A DNA stretch of 63,939 nucleotides, counting the filler, from Chiloscyllium plagiosum (taxonomy: Eukaryota): the NCBI RefSeq assembly GCF_004010195.1. It is 6 parts of one record of this genome, joined end to end, with 100 filler letters (N's around TTAATTAATTAA, not from the genome) between each part and the next. Parts side by side here need not be neighbours in the genome. Positions count along the whole stretch, not along the records: positions 62,703 to 63,939 come from NC_057710.1; 5 more parts are not named here. One strand, written 5' to 3'. Below, piece by piece: positions 62,810 to 63,939 of the stretch. The translations under genes and the position numbers were made by a program. Below the pieces are notes generated by a model. It saw only the letters and a list, made by a program, of their open reading frames with translations. It did not search any database and was not told where the DNA came from. Numbering within the stretch: position 1 is the first letter of the stretch; every line of letters begins with the position of its first letter.

Positions 62810-63415
62810 TGTTATGGACCAGGCCAGACCCCTCAAAGCATTTCAAGAAAAAAGCCCAGAACCTAAGTTTGCTAGTTGTTTTAAGCAGGTGTAGAGTAGA
62901 TATTCCAGCTGGCCCAACCACTTAGTTTTAAGCAAAATAGAATTTATTTGCAAGATAACTGAATGAAACACAAACAAAAGAGAACAGAATGTAGAATAAC
63001 TTCACCTCTCCGAAAACCCAACAGATCATCCCAATTTAATGATGCTGTTCCAAATACTTGCAACAATCCCCATAAACACTCCTTGGCACAAAAGGTAAAA
63101 TCACACATGGGGTCTTACAGGAGAGATGTCAGAGAGAGGGAGGATCAGCATGGGCGTGCTTCTCAACCGACTGCTTGCTAAAACCAAACCAAACCAGAGT
63201 AAAGCTGAGCTGGGAGAACTGGCCACTCCCCTTTCATTGTACCAGTGTTTTTTTTAAACTTGAAAACCTTTTACCTGACTCAGTATCTATTAGCTATAAT
63301 CAAACTGGCCCTAAAACCCTTCAAACCTAGACACCCTGAAACCTGTGTCTTTACAACTGCTCTGAAAAAGGAACCAAGGATGACATAATCTGGTTAAAGG
63401 AGCAGCATCATCACA
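62810..63415 (-). mobile_element. Solo LTR (606 bp, 4-bp TSD; Gypsy-like)
   Basis: TGTTATG...CATCACA termini, CTCC at 62806-62809 and 63416-63419, and a minus-strand AATAAA near 62943. Confidence 0.8.
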
Positions 63416-63866
63416 CTCCTCTGATCCTCTCCTGCCTATTGTAGAGATAGGTGGAAAATTAGTATGAACACAATGTTTTGCAGGTGACGGTGTTCCAATT
63501 TGGAAAGTATAACACCCTTTGAAGAGACTTGTTAGGAACTCAGCCTATTGGATCACTTAGAAAATTGTATTGTCCCGGTTCCTAATAAGGCTTTTCATGT
63601 GTATCAGGATCCTGAGACTCAGTGCTATGCTAATAATTTCATGGAATTCTAATATCCTGAACTTGAGATCCAATTAATCAATTACTCCATATTTATCGTA
63701 AATTGAAGTTTAAAATACCACACCATAATAGTTTCCAAGTGTTTAATGAACGTTTGATCCAATTTCATAAAGTTGTTTTCAGCTCTGAGGTTTTGCTTGC
63801 AGATAGAATGCATACGCCCAGTTAGAGAGCCCAATAAGACCAGAAGGATTGATCTCTGTGGATAGA

Positions 63867-63939
63867 AGGAGAAAGTGAGGACTGCAGATGCTGGAGATCA
63901 GAGCTGAAAATGTGTTGCTGGAAAAGCGCAGCAGGTCAG
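63867..63939 (-). mobile_element. Penelope pLTR terminus (another lies at 62703-62783 on +)
   Basis: GGAGAAAGTGAGGACTGCAGATGCTGGAGATCAGAGCTGAAAATGTGTTGCTGG. Confidence 0.85.

Overview
Repeat-dominated eukaryotic DNA. The HE1-type SINEs and HER1/CR1 LINEs point to a shark or other elasmobranch (inference). I can support no host protein-coding gene. Nearly all ORF-track entries are fragments or shadows of retroelements: many CR1 LINE copies, an L1 3' end, three Tx1-clade L1 elements, a Rex1/Babar 3' end and an APE-type LINE with a tRNA-like head. Also present are GIY-YIG Penelope-like elements (PLEs) and their short fold-back derivatives with hammerhead-ribozyme cores, HE1 and Deu-type SINEs, a TA-flanked MITE, a solo LTR and a degenerate (TTAGGG)n tract. 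The most notable region is the nested cluster at 34.6-46.2 kb. There a Tx1 element begins with the first 26 nt of U1 snRNA, holds a second Tx1 copy with a 16-17 bp TSD, and sits inside the tRNA-headed LINE. Next to it, a hairpin/poly(A) unit array precedes a young CpG-rich Tx1. Five N-TTAATTAATTAA-N blocks are assembly spacers. All calls are by eye and boundaries of old elements are approximate.
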